A stretch of 64,000 bases of DNA from an uncultured archaeon (GTDB taxonomy: Archaea > Thermoproteota > Nitrososphaeria > Nitrososphaerales > Gagatemarchaeaceae), in NCBI GenBank assembly GCA_963799775.1, contig CAWCYD010000003.1, positions 1,120,001 to 1,184,000 of the forward strand, in the 5' to 3' direction. Shown here piece by piece: positions 8,795 to 18,856 of this stretch. Position 1 is the first letter of the stretch; each line of letters starts with the position of its first letter. The notes below the pieces were generated by a model, which worked only from the letters and a program-made list of their open reading frames with translations, was not told where the DNA came from and did not search any database. The position numbers and the translations under genes were made by a program.

Positions 8795-9288
8795 AGCTTG
8801 CCTCCAAAGAGGGGCTGAGGGTGAAATACGTCTGCGCCACCCACTATCATTTTGACCACGTCGAGACATTGGGAAAGTTGGCGGAGCAGCTCGGGGCTAC
8901 GACCGTGGCCTACGAGGGCTCGGAGGTGCCCCACGGTCTCGGAGTCAAGGACGGCAGCGTCCTGAAGCTAGGCGACGGCAAGGTAAGCGTGATCCACACG
9001 CCCGGGCACACCACAGACAGCGTCTGCTACTACGATGGGTCGCATCTTTTCACGGGGGACACGCTGTTCATCGAGGCTTGGGGGAGGACAGACCTCCCGG
9101 GAGGCTCCGCGGCACGACTCTACTCGAGCCTTCACGACATCATAATGAGGCTTCCAGGAGAGACGGTGATCTATCCGGGGCATGACTACGGCGAGGTCCC
9201 TTTCAGGACCCTGAAGGAGGAGTCGATGAAGAACGCCGCGCTCATCGCGAGGACTGTCCAGGAGTTCCTCCGTCTCACTCAGGATTAA
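8665..9288 (+). CDS. MBL-fold metallo-hydrolase (glyoxalase II-like)
   Basis: THYHFDH, HTPGHT, FTGDTLF, YPGHDY. Confidence 0.9.
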   Translation: MGSSSKVHQIPVGPMQNFAYLVADEKSSEAIAIDSGWETEPIVELASKEGLRVKYVCATHYHFDHVETLGKLAEQLGATTVAYEGSEVPHGLGVKDGSVLKLGDGKVSVIHTPGHTTDSVCYYDGSHLFTGDTLFIEAWGRTDLPGGSAARLYSSLHDIIMRLPGETVIYPGHDYGEVPFRTLKEESMKNAALIARTVQEFLRLTQD

Positions 9289-9291
9289 GGC

Positions 9292-10314
9292 CTAGAACCA
9301 CTTCTCTAAGCTCTCGCTCTTCGAGCTCTCGAGCCCGACGACCCTCTTTATCGCCGCGTCGACCCTCTCCGCCGAGAAGGAGTGCTCGTCGACGAGGAAT
9401 GCCTTGATCCCGTCGGGAGAGAGCTCGCCCCATTTGGGGGTGACGTGGCTCTTGGCTGGAGGGTGCAGGAACAGGTCGCGTATCGCCTTGTAGTCTATCT
9501 TGGCGATCTCGTCCTTCAGAGGCTCCATCCTTTCGAGCGACTGATAGGTCTTGAGCAGCTTCATCCCCTTGACAGGACCGATCCCCTTGAACCCGTCGGG
9601 GTTGAAATCGGTCCCCATGAGTATACCAAAATCGATGAGCTGCTCCCTCGTGAGATCCAGGGTCTTCAATGTCTCCTCGAGGCTGATCGTCTCGGGCTCC
9701 ACGTCGATGAAGATGTTCTTGCTCGGGAGCCTGCGTTTGCCGGAGATTGTGATGTTCCGAACCAGCAGCGGGGCGCCGAAGAGGAGGGAGTCGTGGTCCT
9801 GGGATCCCACGGCGTCGACGGTGCCCTCCGTAGCCATCACCGCAGCCTGCGCTTCTCCCTCTGACGGCGCGTCAATCCAGGGGATGCCCATCGCGTCGAG
9901 CAGCTGCTTGGACTCGACGACCATGTCCTGACGTAGAGAGGTCGAGGCCTCCGCGTACTTCCTCGCGCTCACCATGTCCCCCGCCTCTAGCGCGACCGAG
10001 TACTGCCGCCTCGCCTCATCGCGCTGCTTCCTCCGCCTTTCTATCTCCTGCGTCTTCAGCTCCGGCGGTGCCCCGTCGTAGACGTAGACCAGCTTGATGT
10101 TCAGCTCCAGGAGGTTGATGTTCCTGTAGAAGAGGCCGCTGAGATGGCTCGTCACCCGCCCCCTCGAGTCCTTGAGATGCCCACCGTCGGCGCCGCGTAT
10201 TATCGCCAGAAACTGGTAGAGCGCGTTGTAGGCGTCGATAGCTATTCTCTTCTTGCTCAGCGACTCCAAGTTGACCTTGTGCCGCGGGAGGACGTCTCCT
10301 AGATCTACTCCCAA
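9292..10314 (-). CDS. fen: Flap endonuclease 1
   Basis: DAYNALYQFL, APSEGEAQ, GTDFN, GIGP, C-terminal PIP-like SLEKWF. Confidence 0.97.
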   Translation of the reverse strand: MGVDLGDVLPRHKVNLESLSKKRIAIDAYNALYQFLAIIRGADGGHLKDSRGRVTSHLSGLFYRNINLLELNIKLVYVYDGAPPELKTQEIERRRKQRDEARRQYSVALEAGDMVSARKYAEASTSLRQDMVVESKQLLDAMGIPWIDAPSEGEAQAAVMATEGTVDAVGSQDHDSLLFGAPLLVRNITISGKRRLPSKNIFIDVEPETISLEETLKTLDLTREQLIDFGILMGTDFNPDGFKGIGPVKGMKLLKTYQSLERMEPLKDEIAKIDYKAIRDLFLHPPAKSHVTPKWGELSPDGIKAFLVDEHSFSAERVDAAIKRVVGLESSKSESLEKWF

Positions 10315-10378
10315 GTTCTAGGGCTCACCCAAGGCGATCGACGACATGCGCGAGAGAGAGGCTGCGCGGGCTAAAAAG

Positions 10379-10615
10379 CTACTCTGCGTATCTGACGGGG
10401 GCCGCCGCAGCTTCGACGAACTCCACCCGTCTCTTCTCCTTGGCCACCCACCTCACGGATATCGTGCCCAGGATCTCAAGGTCCAGGAGGGCCTTGTTGA
10501 GCTCATGCATGGAGTAGGTCTCGGTCTTGTTCAAGATCGTGAGTATCTCGTCGTCGGTGGCATGCTTCTTCTCCTTCACGAGCTCATAGACGGCGAAACG
10601 TAATGGAGGCTTCAA
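10379..10615 (-). CDS. Small winged-helix protein
   Basis: ELNKALLDLEILGTISVRW; co-oriented in EF-1beta/fen cluster. Confidence 0.7.
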   Translation of the reverse strand: MKPPLRFAVYELVKEKKHATDDEILTILNKTETYSMHELNKALLDLEILGTISVRWVAKEKRRVEFVEAAAAPVRYAE

Positions 10616-10640
10616 GATTCTTGCACCTGTTCCAAATTGA

Positions 10641-10928
10641 CTATCGGACCTTGAGTGTGCTCGACATCCTGCTCACCGCGACGAGGTCGGATTGGGTTAC
10701 CAAGGGGGCCTTCGCGACAGCCTGCTCGACCTTGTCAGGCATCCCCTCCTCCTCAGGCGTGACGATGTCGATGATCAGGGCGTACAGGCCGAAGGCGATG
10801 GGGTCTTCCTTGCTGCTCTTCACGGCCATGTCATTCCCGAGCACCCCCTTAACCGACTCTAGGAGCTTCGCTGAGGGCACCTCGGGCCCTGAGGGCATCA
10901 CTTTCATGCGGATGAGATAGGAGCCCAA
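10641..10928 (-). CDS. ef1b: Elongation factor 1-beta
   Basis: KVMP, DPIAFGLYAL. Confidence 0.9.
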   Translation of the reverse strand: MGSYLIRMKVMPSGPEVPSAKLLESVKGVLGNDMAVKSSKEDPIAFGLYALIIDIVTPEEEGMPDKVEQAVAKAPLVTQSDLVAVSRMSSTLKVR

Positions 10929-10929
10929 T

Positions 10930-11127
10930 TCAGTGACCCTCGAATCCGCAGTTCACGCACTTGTATCTCCTGGAGAACTTCCTACACTTTTCGCAACGCC
11001 AGACGAAGACCTGGCTGCAGCTGGGGCAGTGGAACTTCGATGCCTTCTCGCCCGGCATGATTGGTCGGTTGCACGAGGTGCAGACCGGCAGGGCTACGGA
11101 CTTTTGCGACAAGCTCGAGAACGCCAC
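10930..11127 (-). CDS. Zinc-ribbon protein (DUF1610 type)
   Basis: CTSC, FHCPSC, RCEKCRK, YKCVNCGFEG. Confidence 0.88.
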   Translation of the reverse strand: MAFSSLSQKSVALPVCTSCNRPIMPGEKASKFHCPSCSQVFVWRCEKCRKFSRRYKCVNCGFEGH

Positions 11128-11170
11128 ACAGAGCCTAGGAATTATACCTTCCGAACCCGCTAGCCTGCAT

Positions 11171-12378
11171 TCAGTCTGCCGCCGTCTTGGGCGACTGCCT
11201 GACGAGGGATGTCAGGGTCTGCTTCGCCTCGGAGGAGACGATCACCCCGGCCAGCTGCAGGAGTCCTTTGACCCCGAGAGCCGAGAGAGCCGCGCTCGCG
11301 TGGAAGTCGAACGAGCCCGACGCCAGTTTGGCCGCGACCTTCGGTCGCTCTAGGGCCCCAACTAGCTTGTCAAGATCGCTGTTGGAGAGGTTCTCGTAGA
11401 TGTTCCTAAGCCTCGTCATGAGCTTGTACTCCTTGCCATACCTCCCGGACCAGTCTGGCTGGTAGCGGGCCACCAGAGAATCGTCCTTCAGCATGATCGC
11501 GTCCGACACCCAGCGCGCCGCTATCACGCCGCCTGCCACGGAGCTCGGGATCCCTCCCGCGGTCGTAGGCTTCACCTGACCGGCGGACTCGCCGACGTAG
11601 AGGGTGCGCCCTTGGACGAACTCCTCTGTCGGGCCGCCGACGTATATCGTGCAGGCGACCTTGCTCACGATCTTAGAGTCGCGGGACGCGAGAAAAGCCT
11701 CTAGCGCCTTCACGGCGTTTATCCCAAAGCCAGCGGCACCCACCTTCGCGATTCCGGGGCCTCTCGGGATCACCCAGGCGAAGAACCCAGGATACTTCTC
11801 CTGGTCCGTGAAGACCTCGACGACGCCGTCGGTGAACCAGTCGCCCTCGACCTCGTATTTCGCCGTCGGGACGAGCCCCTCCCTGTTGAACTTCATGACC
11901 CCTGTCGGCCCTGTCGCGTCGACATAGAATCGGCACGAATAGACCTCCTTCTCCGCGCTGACCTTCACGCCGTCAGGCGTCTCTTCGACCCCCTTGACGC
12001 GGGCCCTAGCTTGATCTCAGCCCCCCAAGCCTCGGCGTTCCCGGCGAGCTGCTTGTCGAAGGCGCTCCGGTCGATCACCACGACGTCCAGGCGAGATGCG
12101 TCGAGCGTGGCCTTCCTTCCCGAAGGGGAGTAGACCACCCCCTTGGTCACACGGCTCTGGACGCAGGATTTTTCAGGCATCGCATACCGCCGGAGTTCCT
12201 GGAGGCTCACGAGACCGTCGCACTTCTCAGGCTCCCCGATCTCCTTGTCCTCCTCGAGCACGAGGACGCTCAGCCCCCTCTTCGAGGCTTCGGCCGCGAA
12301 GGCCAATCCCGCGACGCTGCCCCCGCCGACCACCACGTCATGACGGGGAGACGATGAGGTTCCAGAAGCGGTCGACAT
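11171..12378 (-). CDS. Geranylgeranyl reductase family flavoprotein (frameshift near 12003)
   Basis: GEPEKCDG, IDRSAFD, FAWVIP, GQVKPTTAGGI. Confidence 0.88.
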
Positions 12379-12449
12379 TTAGGGAGATCTACCTTGTTCC
12401 CCGAGGGCGGCAAGCCTTAATCCGTCTCGTAATAACCCTTCGAATCCGA

Positions 12450-12821
12450 GGGGCGGCCAAGACGACCGAGATCAAGCAGGTTATCGTTGTGAGGTCGGAC
12501 CTCAAGATGGGGAAGGGCAAGCTCGCGGCCCAGGTCGCTCACGCGGCGCTCGACGCCGCCGAGTCTGCTAGGATGCGGCACCCTGACTGGTATGAGGCGT
12601 GGCGAGAGGACGGCCAGGCCAAGGTCGTCGTGAAGACAGACGGGGGTGAGGCTGCATTGGAAGACCTGCGGAAGCAGGCCAGGAGCTTGGGGTTGCCGGT
12701 CTCGCTCATCGTGGACAGGGGACTCACACAGCTCGAGCCGGGCACCATGACGTGCCTAGGGATAGGGCCCGGTCCGTCCTCGGAGATCGACAAAGTGACC
12801 GGCAAGCTGAAGCTGCTTTGA
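12450..12821 (+). CDS. pth2: Peptidyl-tRNA hydrolase Pth2 (no canonical start near expected position)
   Basis: KQVIVVRSDLKMGKGKLAAQVAHA, DRGLTQ, GIGP. Confidence 0.95.
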   Translation, partial: GAAKTTEIKQVIVVRSDLKMGKGKLAAQVAHAALDAAESARMRHPDWYEAWREDGQAKVVVKTDGGEAALEDLRKQARSLGLPVSLIVDRGLTQLEPGTMTCLGIGPGPSSEIDKVTGKLKLL

Positions 12822-14106
12822 GCCGGGCGGGGAACCCAGACCCTCGTCCCCCTCCCATCGACATCGAGTCAGGCCTTCTGACGTACTCGACCGCCGGCCC
12901 TAGGCACTCGGGCAGGCTCCGCGGGAGCTTCGACGACTTTCAGGTCCGCGAGCTGATCCCGTTGAAGGAACTCGTCTCGGTGAAGGCCCCCGGCCTCGTC
13001 CCGGTCTATGAGGTCAGGAAGCAAGGCATCGACACGCCGCACGTCGCCAAGGAGATCGCCGCGATGATAAAGAGCGAGGTCAGCTATGCGGGCCTGAAGG
13101 ACAAGAACGCCACCGTCGTCCAGTACGTGAGCGCCCGGAGCACCAGGGCCCAAGCCCCAGGGGAGCTGGTCGGCGAGAGGTTCCGCGCTCGTCTGGTCGG
13201 CTTCTCCCGGCCCCTGACCCGGAGGATGTTGGTGGGGAACGGCTTCAGGATACTCGTCGAGACATCGGATGGGCCTGGGACCGGAGGTGGAGAGGTGCTT
13301 CGAGGCGTGCGCGGCAAGGCGCGTCGCCAACTTCTATGGCTACCAAAGGTTCGGGCTGAAGGGCGGCGTCAACCGCAAGGTGGGCAAGGCGATAGTCCAG
13401 AAGGACTTCGCCCGCGCCGTCCAGCTGATCCTGTCCGAGCCTAGAGCAGGGGAGGACGAGAGGGTGGTGGAGGCGCGCAGGTTATGCGCGCGGGGGAGCT
13501 ACTCGCAGGCGCTCCCGCTCTTCTCCAGGCATCAAGACATCGAGCTCGGGATGGCAAGGCACCTATCGATGAGACCGGACGATCACATAGGCGCCCTGAG
13601 AAGGATGCCGATCGCGATTCGGCGCCTCCTGGTGAACTCCTATCAGTCCTATCTCTTCAATCTCACGCTGAGTCGGGCCGTCGCTGAAGGACTGGACATC
13701 TCCCGAGCTCAAGACGGCGACAACTGGGCACCACTGGAGGAGAGCGGGCTCTCGGTCGGGAAGATCCACGGTGTGAAAGAAGCGGTCGCTGAGGACCGGG
13801 AGTGCATCCCTTTGATCCAGATCGTCGGATACGCGCACAGGGACTACGGGTCAAGGTTCGACCGGATGCTCTCAAAGGTGATAGGGGATGAAGACATCAC
13901 GCCTGGTTCCTTCTACATCAAGGAGGCCGAGGAGATGAGCAGCGAAGGGGGGTTCAGGCCTGCACCTCTGCTATCCAATGGGCCTGTCGTTCGAGAGAGA
14001 GGGGAGAGGGTTCGTTCTGGAATTCTCGCTAGGAAAAGGAGAATATGCGACTGTCGTGCTCAGAGAGATACTGAAGCCGGACAGCCCTCAACTGACGGGG
14101 TTCTAG
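12818..14106 (+). CDS. truD: tRNA pseudouridine(13) synthase (frameshifts near 13270 and 13979)
   Basis: DFQVRE, YAGLKDKNA, NFYGYQRFG, YQSYLFN, GEYATVVLRE. Confidence 0.92.
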
Positions 14107-14110
14107 GAGT

Positions 14111-14567
14111 TCAGGAGACGAGCCCGAGCCTGCGGCGGTAGTCGTAGTCCTTCTTTATCGCTGGATGGGCAGGGTCTATCATTATGCACTCGTACCACCT
14201 GTGCTTTCCGTCGACCCAGAGCTGGTAGGGCACCCAGAAGCTTGAGGTTGGTGTGCTTCTCGCGGACGCGCCTCTCGGCGACCTTCTGCACGGGCTCGTC
14301 AGATTTCATCCTGAGGACTCCCAAGTGCTTCGGTCTGCGTCCCGAGACCGGGCGGGGCCTCCTCATGCCGCCGGCTTTGACCCTGATCCTCACGACCACG
14401 ACGCCTTCCTTCGCCTTGTAGCCGAGCATCCTGGCCTTGTCGATCCTGGAAGGCCGCTCGAGGCGCAGCATCGTAGGCCCTCTCCTGAGCTCGATAGCCC
14501 TTTGGAGGATGTCTCCGGACTTGTCCTTGAAGACCTTCTGCCAGGTCTCCCCTACCTGTCTGTACAA
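14111..14567 (-). CDS. rpl15e: 50S ribosomal protein L15e (frameshift near 14230)
   Basis: RIDKARMLGYKAKEG, GRRPKHLG, VAERR, HPAIK. Confidence 0.93.
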
Positions 14568-14618
14568 GGCGAACGTTGCCCCGCTTTGGAAGGTGAAGAT
14601 AAGTCTTGCCAATCAGGA

Positions 14619-15533
14619 CTAGCCGAAGAACTGATTGAGCTTGGCCCCGACCATCGTCAAGGCGTGCGTCTGGGCGTCCTCGGTCTGTCCGCCGATGTGC
14701 GGCGTGGCGATGATGTTCGGGGCAGCCAGGATCTCGGGGCTGGGCGGCTCGGTCTCGAAGACGTCGAGCGCTGCGCCGCCGATCCTTCCCTGGTTGAGCG
14801 CCTCTATGAGCTCCCGCTCGTCGATCACCTCGCCCCTCGAGGTGTTGATTATGAACGCGTTCTTCCTCATCAGCGCGAGCCTGCGTTGGTCGACCATGTG
14901 CCTGGTTTCGGCGGTGAGCGGGACGTGCAGGGTGATGTAGTCAGAAGATGCGAAGAGCGAGTCGAGGTCCACCATCTTGCAGCCGAGCGACGCCAACGTC
15001 TCCTGTGGGACCTCGATTACGTCGTAGCCGAGGAGCGACATCCCAAGGACCCGTCCTATCTCCGCCACCCGGCGCCCGATGCGTCCCAGCCCGGCGATCC
15101 CGAGCGTCTTGCCCCTGAGCTCTGCGCCCACGAAGCGGTCCTTCTCCCACCGACCTGCCTTCACCGAGGCGTCGGCCGCGGGGATCCTCCTCGCTAGGGA
15201 CAGCATCAGTCCGATCACGTGCTCCGCGACCGCCTCCACAAGTGACTCGGGGCTGTTGACGACCTCTATCCCTCGGGCGTTGGCGGCCCTCGTGTCTATG
15301 TTGTCCAGGCCCGTCCCCGGTCTCCCGATTATCTTGAGCCTTGTCCCGCGCGAGATGACCTCGGCGTCGACCTTCGTCCTGCTCCTGACGACCAGGACGT
15401 CATAGTCGGCTACCCTGTCGAGGAGTTCATCACGAGTCAACCTCGGCTCATAGTCTACCTCGAAGGCGTCAGTGAGACCCAGCGCTGACACTTCCAGCGT
15501 GTCACAGACGAGGACTCGGCGCTTCGATGTCAG
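14619..15533 (-). CDS. serA: D-2-hydroxyacid / phosphoglycerate dehydrogenase family (probable CTG start)
   Basis: RVLVCD, GTGLDNID, GLGRIG, NTSRG, LDVFETEP, TPHIG. Confidence 0.85.
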   Translation of the reverse strand: MTSKRRVLVCDTLEVSALGLTDAFEVDYEPRLTRDELLDRVADYDVLVVRSRTKVDAEVISRGTRLKIIGRPGTGLDNIDTRAANARGIEVVNSPESLVEAVAEHVIGLMLSLARRIPAADASVKAGRWEKDRFVGAELRGKTLGIAGLGRIGRRVAEIGRVLGMSLLGYDVIEVPQETLASLGCKMVDLDSLFASSDYITLHVPLTAETRHMVDQRRLALMRKNAFIINTSRGEVIDERELIEALNQGRIGGAALDVFETEPPSPEILAAPNIIATPHIGGQTEDAQTHALTMVGAKLNQFFG

Positions 15534-16873
15534 GCTCCTTCACTTGTGATTCTTCTTGCTGTTAAGCCTATTGGCGATGACTCGTAGCTGGAGCCGGGCA
15601 AGTATGGCGACTCCATGTTCGTAAGCTGCTCGACGGTCAGGCCTAGCGAGACGATCAGCGAGGCCTCGTTAGAGTAGGCCGAGGCCCTCCAACCCGACAA
15701 CTGCATGCCGTACACTTCGTGGGTCTCGACGTCATAGACCAGCGAGACGAGTATCTCCTTCGAGGAAGAGGATGGGCCTTGGGCACGAAAGATGCCCGCC
15801 TCGGAGGAGGCCTTGAGCCCCATAGCAAGAGCCTCGTCCTCGCGAAGGCCTGCCGAGCAGAGCTCGACGCCGAAGTACTCCTGCTCGACGGCCCAGGATG
15901 GGGACGCGCGGGCATTCCCTCCCGCGGCGTTGGTCCCCGCCACGTCTCCGCTCATCCTGCTCGTCGAATACAGTCGGGCCGCCACCGAGCCTGACTTGTG
16001 ACGGATCTCCGTGGAATCGCCTGCTGCGAACACGTTGTCCAAGCTGGTTGACATCGCCGTGTCTACCAAGATACCTCCTTGCGGCCCTCTCTCGCACTCG
16101 ACGATCGGGACGGACGGGACGCTGCGGGGGATTATCACGACCCCGTCGCAGTTGGTCACAGATCCTGCGGAGACCACCGCCTCCGCCTTCCCTAGCCCGA
16201 GTATCGACTCGACGCGACCATCTACCAGGGAGACTCTGCTCGCCTTGGTCTCCTTCTGGCGGCGCGAGGCAGCGGCGCGGATCATCTCGGCCACCGGCCC
16301 CAAGAACTGGCCGTCGAGCCCTCCCTCACCGCAGAAGATGCGGACCTCGTCGGCCCGGGCGGACAGGAGCTCGCCCACCTTGAGGGCGAGCGGGACAGGC
16401 CCGGTGACCGCCAGGCTCTTCATCGAGTCGAGGGAATCGCGCAGTCGAAGGTAATCCGACGGACCGTCGAGGAGGAATACGTTCGGCTTTGCAGAACCCC
16501 TCATCTCGGGGGCCTCTCGGGCGGCGCCGGCGCAGACGACCAGGGAATCGAACCCCAAAGCCTGGTTGCCCGCCCCGCCCTGAGGCTCCAGGACGAGCTC
16601 CCGCTCGGCGTGCCGGACTGAGACGGCCTTCGTCTCGGTTCGCAGGCGTACGCCCTCTGCTTTGAGCGAGCTCGCCTCCGGGATGTAGGCGTCCTCTTCT
16701 CGCCATCCGTGGGTGAGCAGCAAAGGGAGGTGGGCCCTTGACAGTCCCACGGCCCTAGAGGCCTCTATGATGGTGGTCTCTGCCCCTCGTCGAGAAGCGG
16801 CGAGCGCGGCGGAGACCCCGGCCACCCCTCCCCCGACAACGACGACCTTTCTCCCCTTCATCGCTTGACGCAC
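15530..16873 (-). CDS. FAD-dependent pyridine nucleotide-disulfide oxidoreductase family (Nox/CoADR-like, atypical)
   Basis: VVVGGGVAG, NVFAAGD, C-terminal dimerisation domain. Confidence 0.8.
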   Translation of the reverse strand: MRQAMKGRKVVVVGGGVAGVSAALAASRRGAETTIIEASRAVGLSRAHLPLLLTHGWREEDAYIPEASSLKAEGVRLRTETKAVSVRHAERELVLEPQGGAGNQALGFDSLVVCAGAAREAPEMRGSAKPNVFLLDGPSDYLRLRDSLDSMKSLAVTGPVPLALKVGELLSARADEVRIFCGEGGLDGQFLGPVAEMIRAAASRRQKETKASRVSLVDGRVESILGLGKAEAVVSAGSVTNCDGVVIIPRSVPSVPIVECERGPQGGILVDTAMSTSLDNVFAAGDSTEIRHKSGSVAARLYSTSRMSGDVAGTNAAGGNARASPSWAVEQEYFGVELCSAGLREDEALAMGLKASSEAGIFRAQGPSSSSKEILVSLVYDVETHEVYGMQLSGWRASAYSNEASLIVSLGLTVEQLTNMESPYLPGSSYESSPIGLTARRITSEGA

Positions 16874-16987
16874 GTGTCTTCGCGAGATGGGTTATTATTG
16901 AAGGGAAAAGCCGCCCTCGCTCAGTTGTCGCTCGCTGATTTCAAAGATTGCAGGTCAGCATCGCGCGGCAGCCCTCGGTGATAGCCC

Positions 16988-18191
16988 CTGCTCGTCGGGA
17001 TCATCGGAAAACCCAACGTCGGAAAATCGACTTTTTTCAGTGCCGCTACGCTCAAGTCGGTCGCGATAGCTGACTTCCCGTTCACGACGATCAAGCCAAA
17101 CGTGGGGATGGCGTACCTCCGGACCAGGTGCGTCCACGAGGAGATGGGTGTCGCGGACAAGCCCAAGAACTCGGTGTGCCTGAACGGGACGAGGCTCATC
17201 CCCGTGAAGCTGGTCGATGTGGCAGGGCTCGTCAGGGGCGCTTCCACAGGACGTGGACTGGGGAACCAGTTCCTCGAGGAGATAATGCAGGCAGACGCGA
17301 TCGTCCACGTCGTGGACGCCTCTGGCTCGACCGACCTCGAGGGCCAGAAGACCACCCCGGGCAGTCAGGACCCGATGAAGGACGTCGAGATGGTGGAGGT
17401 CGAGGTGGACATGTGGCTGCTCAACCTCGTGAAGAGGGATTGGGAGAAGAACGCGAAGCTCGCGGACCAGCTGAAGTCGAGCGTCGCGCCGATGCTCGCC
17501 CAGAGGCTGAGCGGGATTGGGATAAGCGAGGCCGTGGTGGAGGAGACGCTCCTCAGGCTGCACCTAAAGGCGGACAGGCCCTTGAGCTGGGGGCCCGGGG
17601 CGCTCGAGGGGTTCGTCAAGGAGCTCAGAGAGAGGAACAAGCCCAGCCTGATCGCCGCCAACAAGGCAGACCTCCCGACGGCGGCAGAGAAGCTCCCCGC
17701 CCTGAAGAAGAGCGGCAAGACGGTCATCCCTTGCGCAGCGGAGGCAGAGCTCCTGCTGAGGAAGGCAGCCGAGGCAGGAGTGGTAGCATACACGCCCGGA
17801 GACTCATCCTTCGAGACGAAGAAGCAGGCACCTGAGCCCGGCGCAGGCGCGGGCCCTCCAGCTGGTCAAGGAGAAGGTCATCGGCGTCTACGGGAGCACC
17901 GGGGTCCAGCAGGCGATCGACCAGGCGTACTTCGGGCTCCTCAAGGCGGTGGTCGTCTATCCCGTCGAGGACGAGAAGAAGCTGTGCAACAAGGACGGCG
18001 ACGTCCTCCCGGATGCCTACGTGATGAACGGCGGGTCGACCGCCATCGACCTTGCAAGGAAGATCCACAGCGAACTGGCGGAAACGTTCCTCTATGCGAT
18101 AGATGCGAGGACGGGGCTACGCCTGTCTTCGGACTACGTGCTCAAGGACCGGGATATACTGAAGATCGTCTCAAGCGGCAGGCGCGGCTAG
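16988..18191 (+). CDS. ychF: YchF/Obg-like ATPase with TGS domain (CTG start; frameshift near 17830)
   Basis: GKPNVGKST, FPFTTI, DVAGLV, GLGNQFL, NKAD, LARKIH. Confidence 0.93.
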
Positions 18192-18809
18192 CACTTCGAC
18201 TTCGGGCTGGACCTCGCCGGGCTGCGGCCTGCCGATCAGCTTTGTCTTCCTTACGCCGACGTGCCTCAGCCTCGTGACCTTCTTGGCCTCGTTGTAGACG
18301 TCCGAGGCGAGCTTCTGCAGGACCGTCTCCTGGACGAACTGATCGTACTCGAGCGCGGCGGCCCTCTCGCCGATTATCTTGTCCATTATCATCCTGATCT
18401 CGTGCTTCTTCGAGGAGTTCATCCTGCCCTGCGAGAGCGCTATCGTGTAGACGCGGACCGTATAGCCGTCCTTCGTCTTGTAGTCCTTTATCAAGTCCGA
18501 CATCGATGAGCCCCTCCGGATCAGGCTGCGGAGGTACTCCCTGGAGAACTCGTGACCCTTTAGGATGGTGTACGCGGTATCGCCCTCGACTCTGTCGATC
18601 TGGAAGTAGAGCTTGAAGCTGTAGTGTTGCGGGTCATGCTTTAGTATGTCATAGAGGGTGGTCTCGACGACGCGGCCCGCTGGCTTCTCGACGTCTGTTA
18701 TCGGGACACGGCCGATGGGGGCGTTCCCGAACGACGGGGAAGCGAGCACGGTGACCCACTGCTTCAGTTTCCACTTGTCGCGGACCTTCCCAGAGACTTT
18801 CTTCGGCAA
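18171..18809 (-). CDS. rps3ae: 30S ribosomal protein S3ae (eS1)
   Basis: DKWKLKQW, GRVVETTL, YLRSLIRRG. Confidence 0.95.
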   Translation of the reverse strand: MPKKVSGKVRDKWKLKQWVTVLASPSFGNAPIGRVPITDVEKPAGRVVETTLYDILKHDPQHYSFKLYFQIDRVEGDTAYTILKGHEFSREYLRSLIRRGSSMSDLIKDYKTKDGYTVRVYTIALSQGRMNSSKKHEIRMIMDKIIGERAAALEYDQFVQETVLQKLASDVYNEAKKVTRLRHVGVRKTKLIGRPQPGEVQPEVEVLAAPAA

Positions 18810-18856
18810 CTAGCAGCTTTTGGCCCCTGATTTCTCCAGCTTAAAAACGCGCCCCT

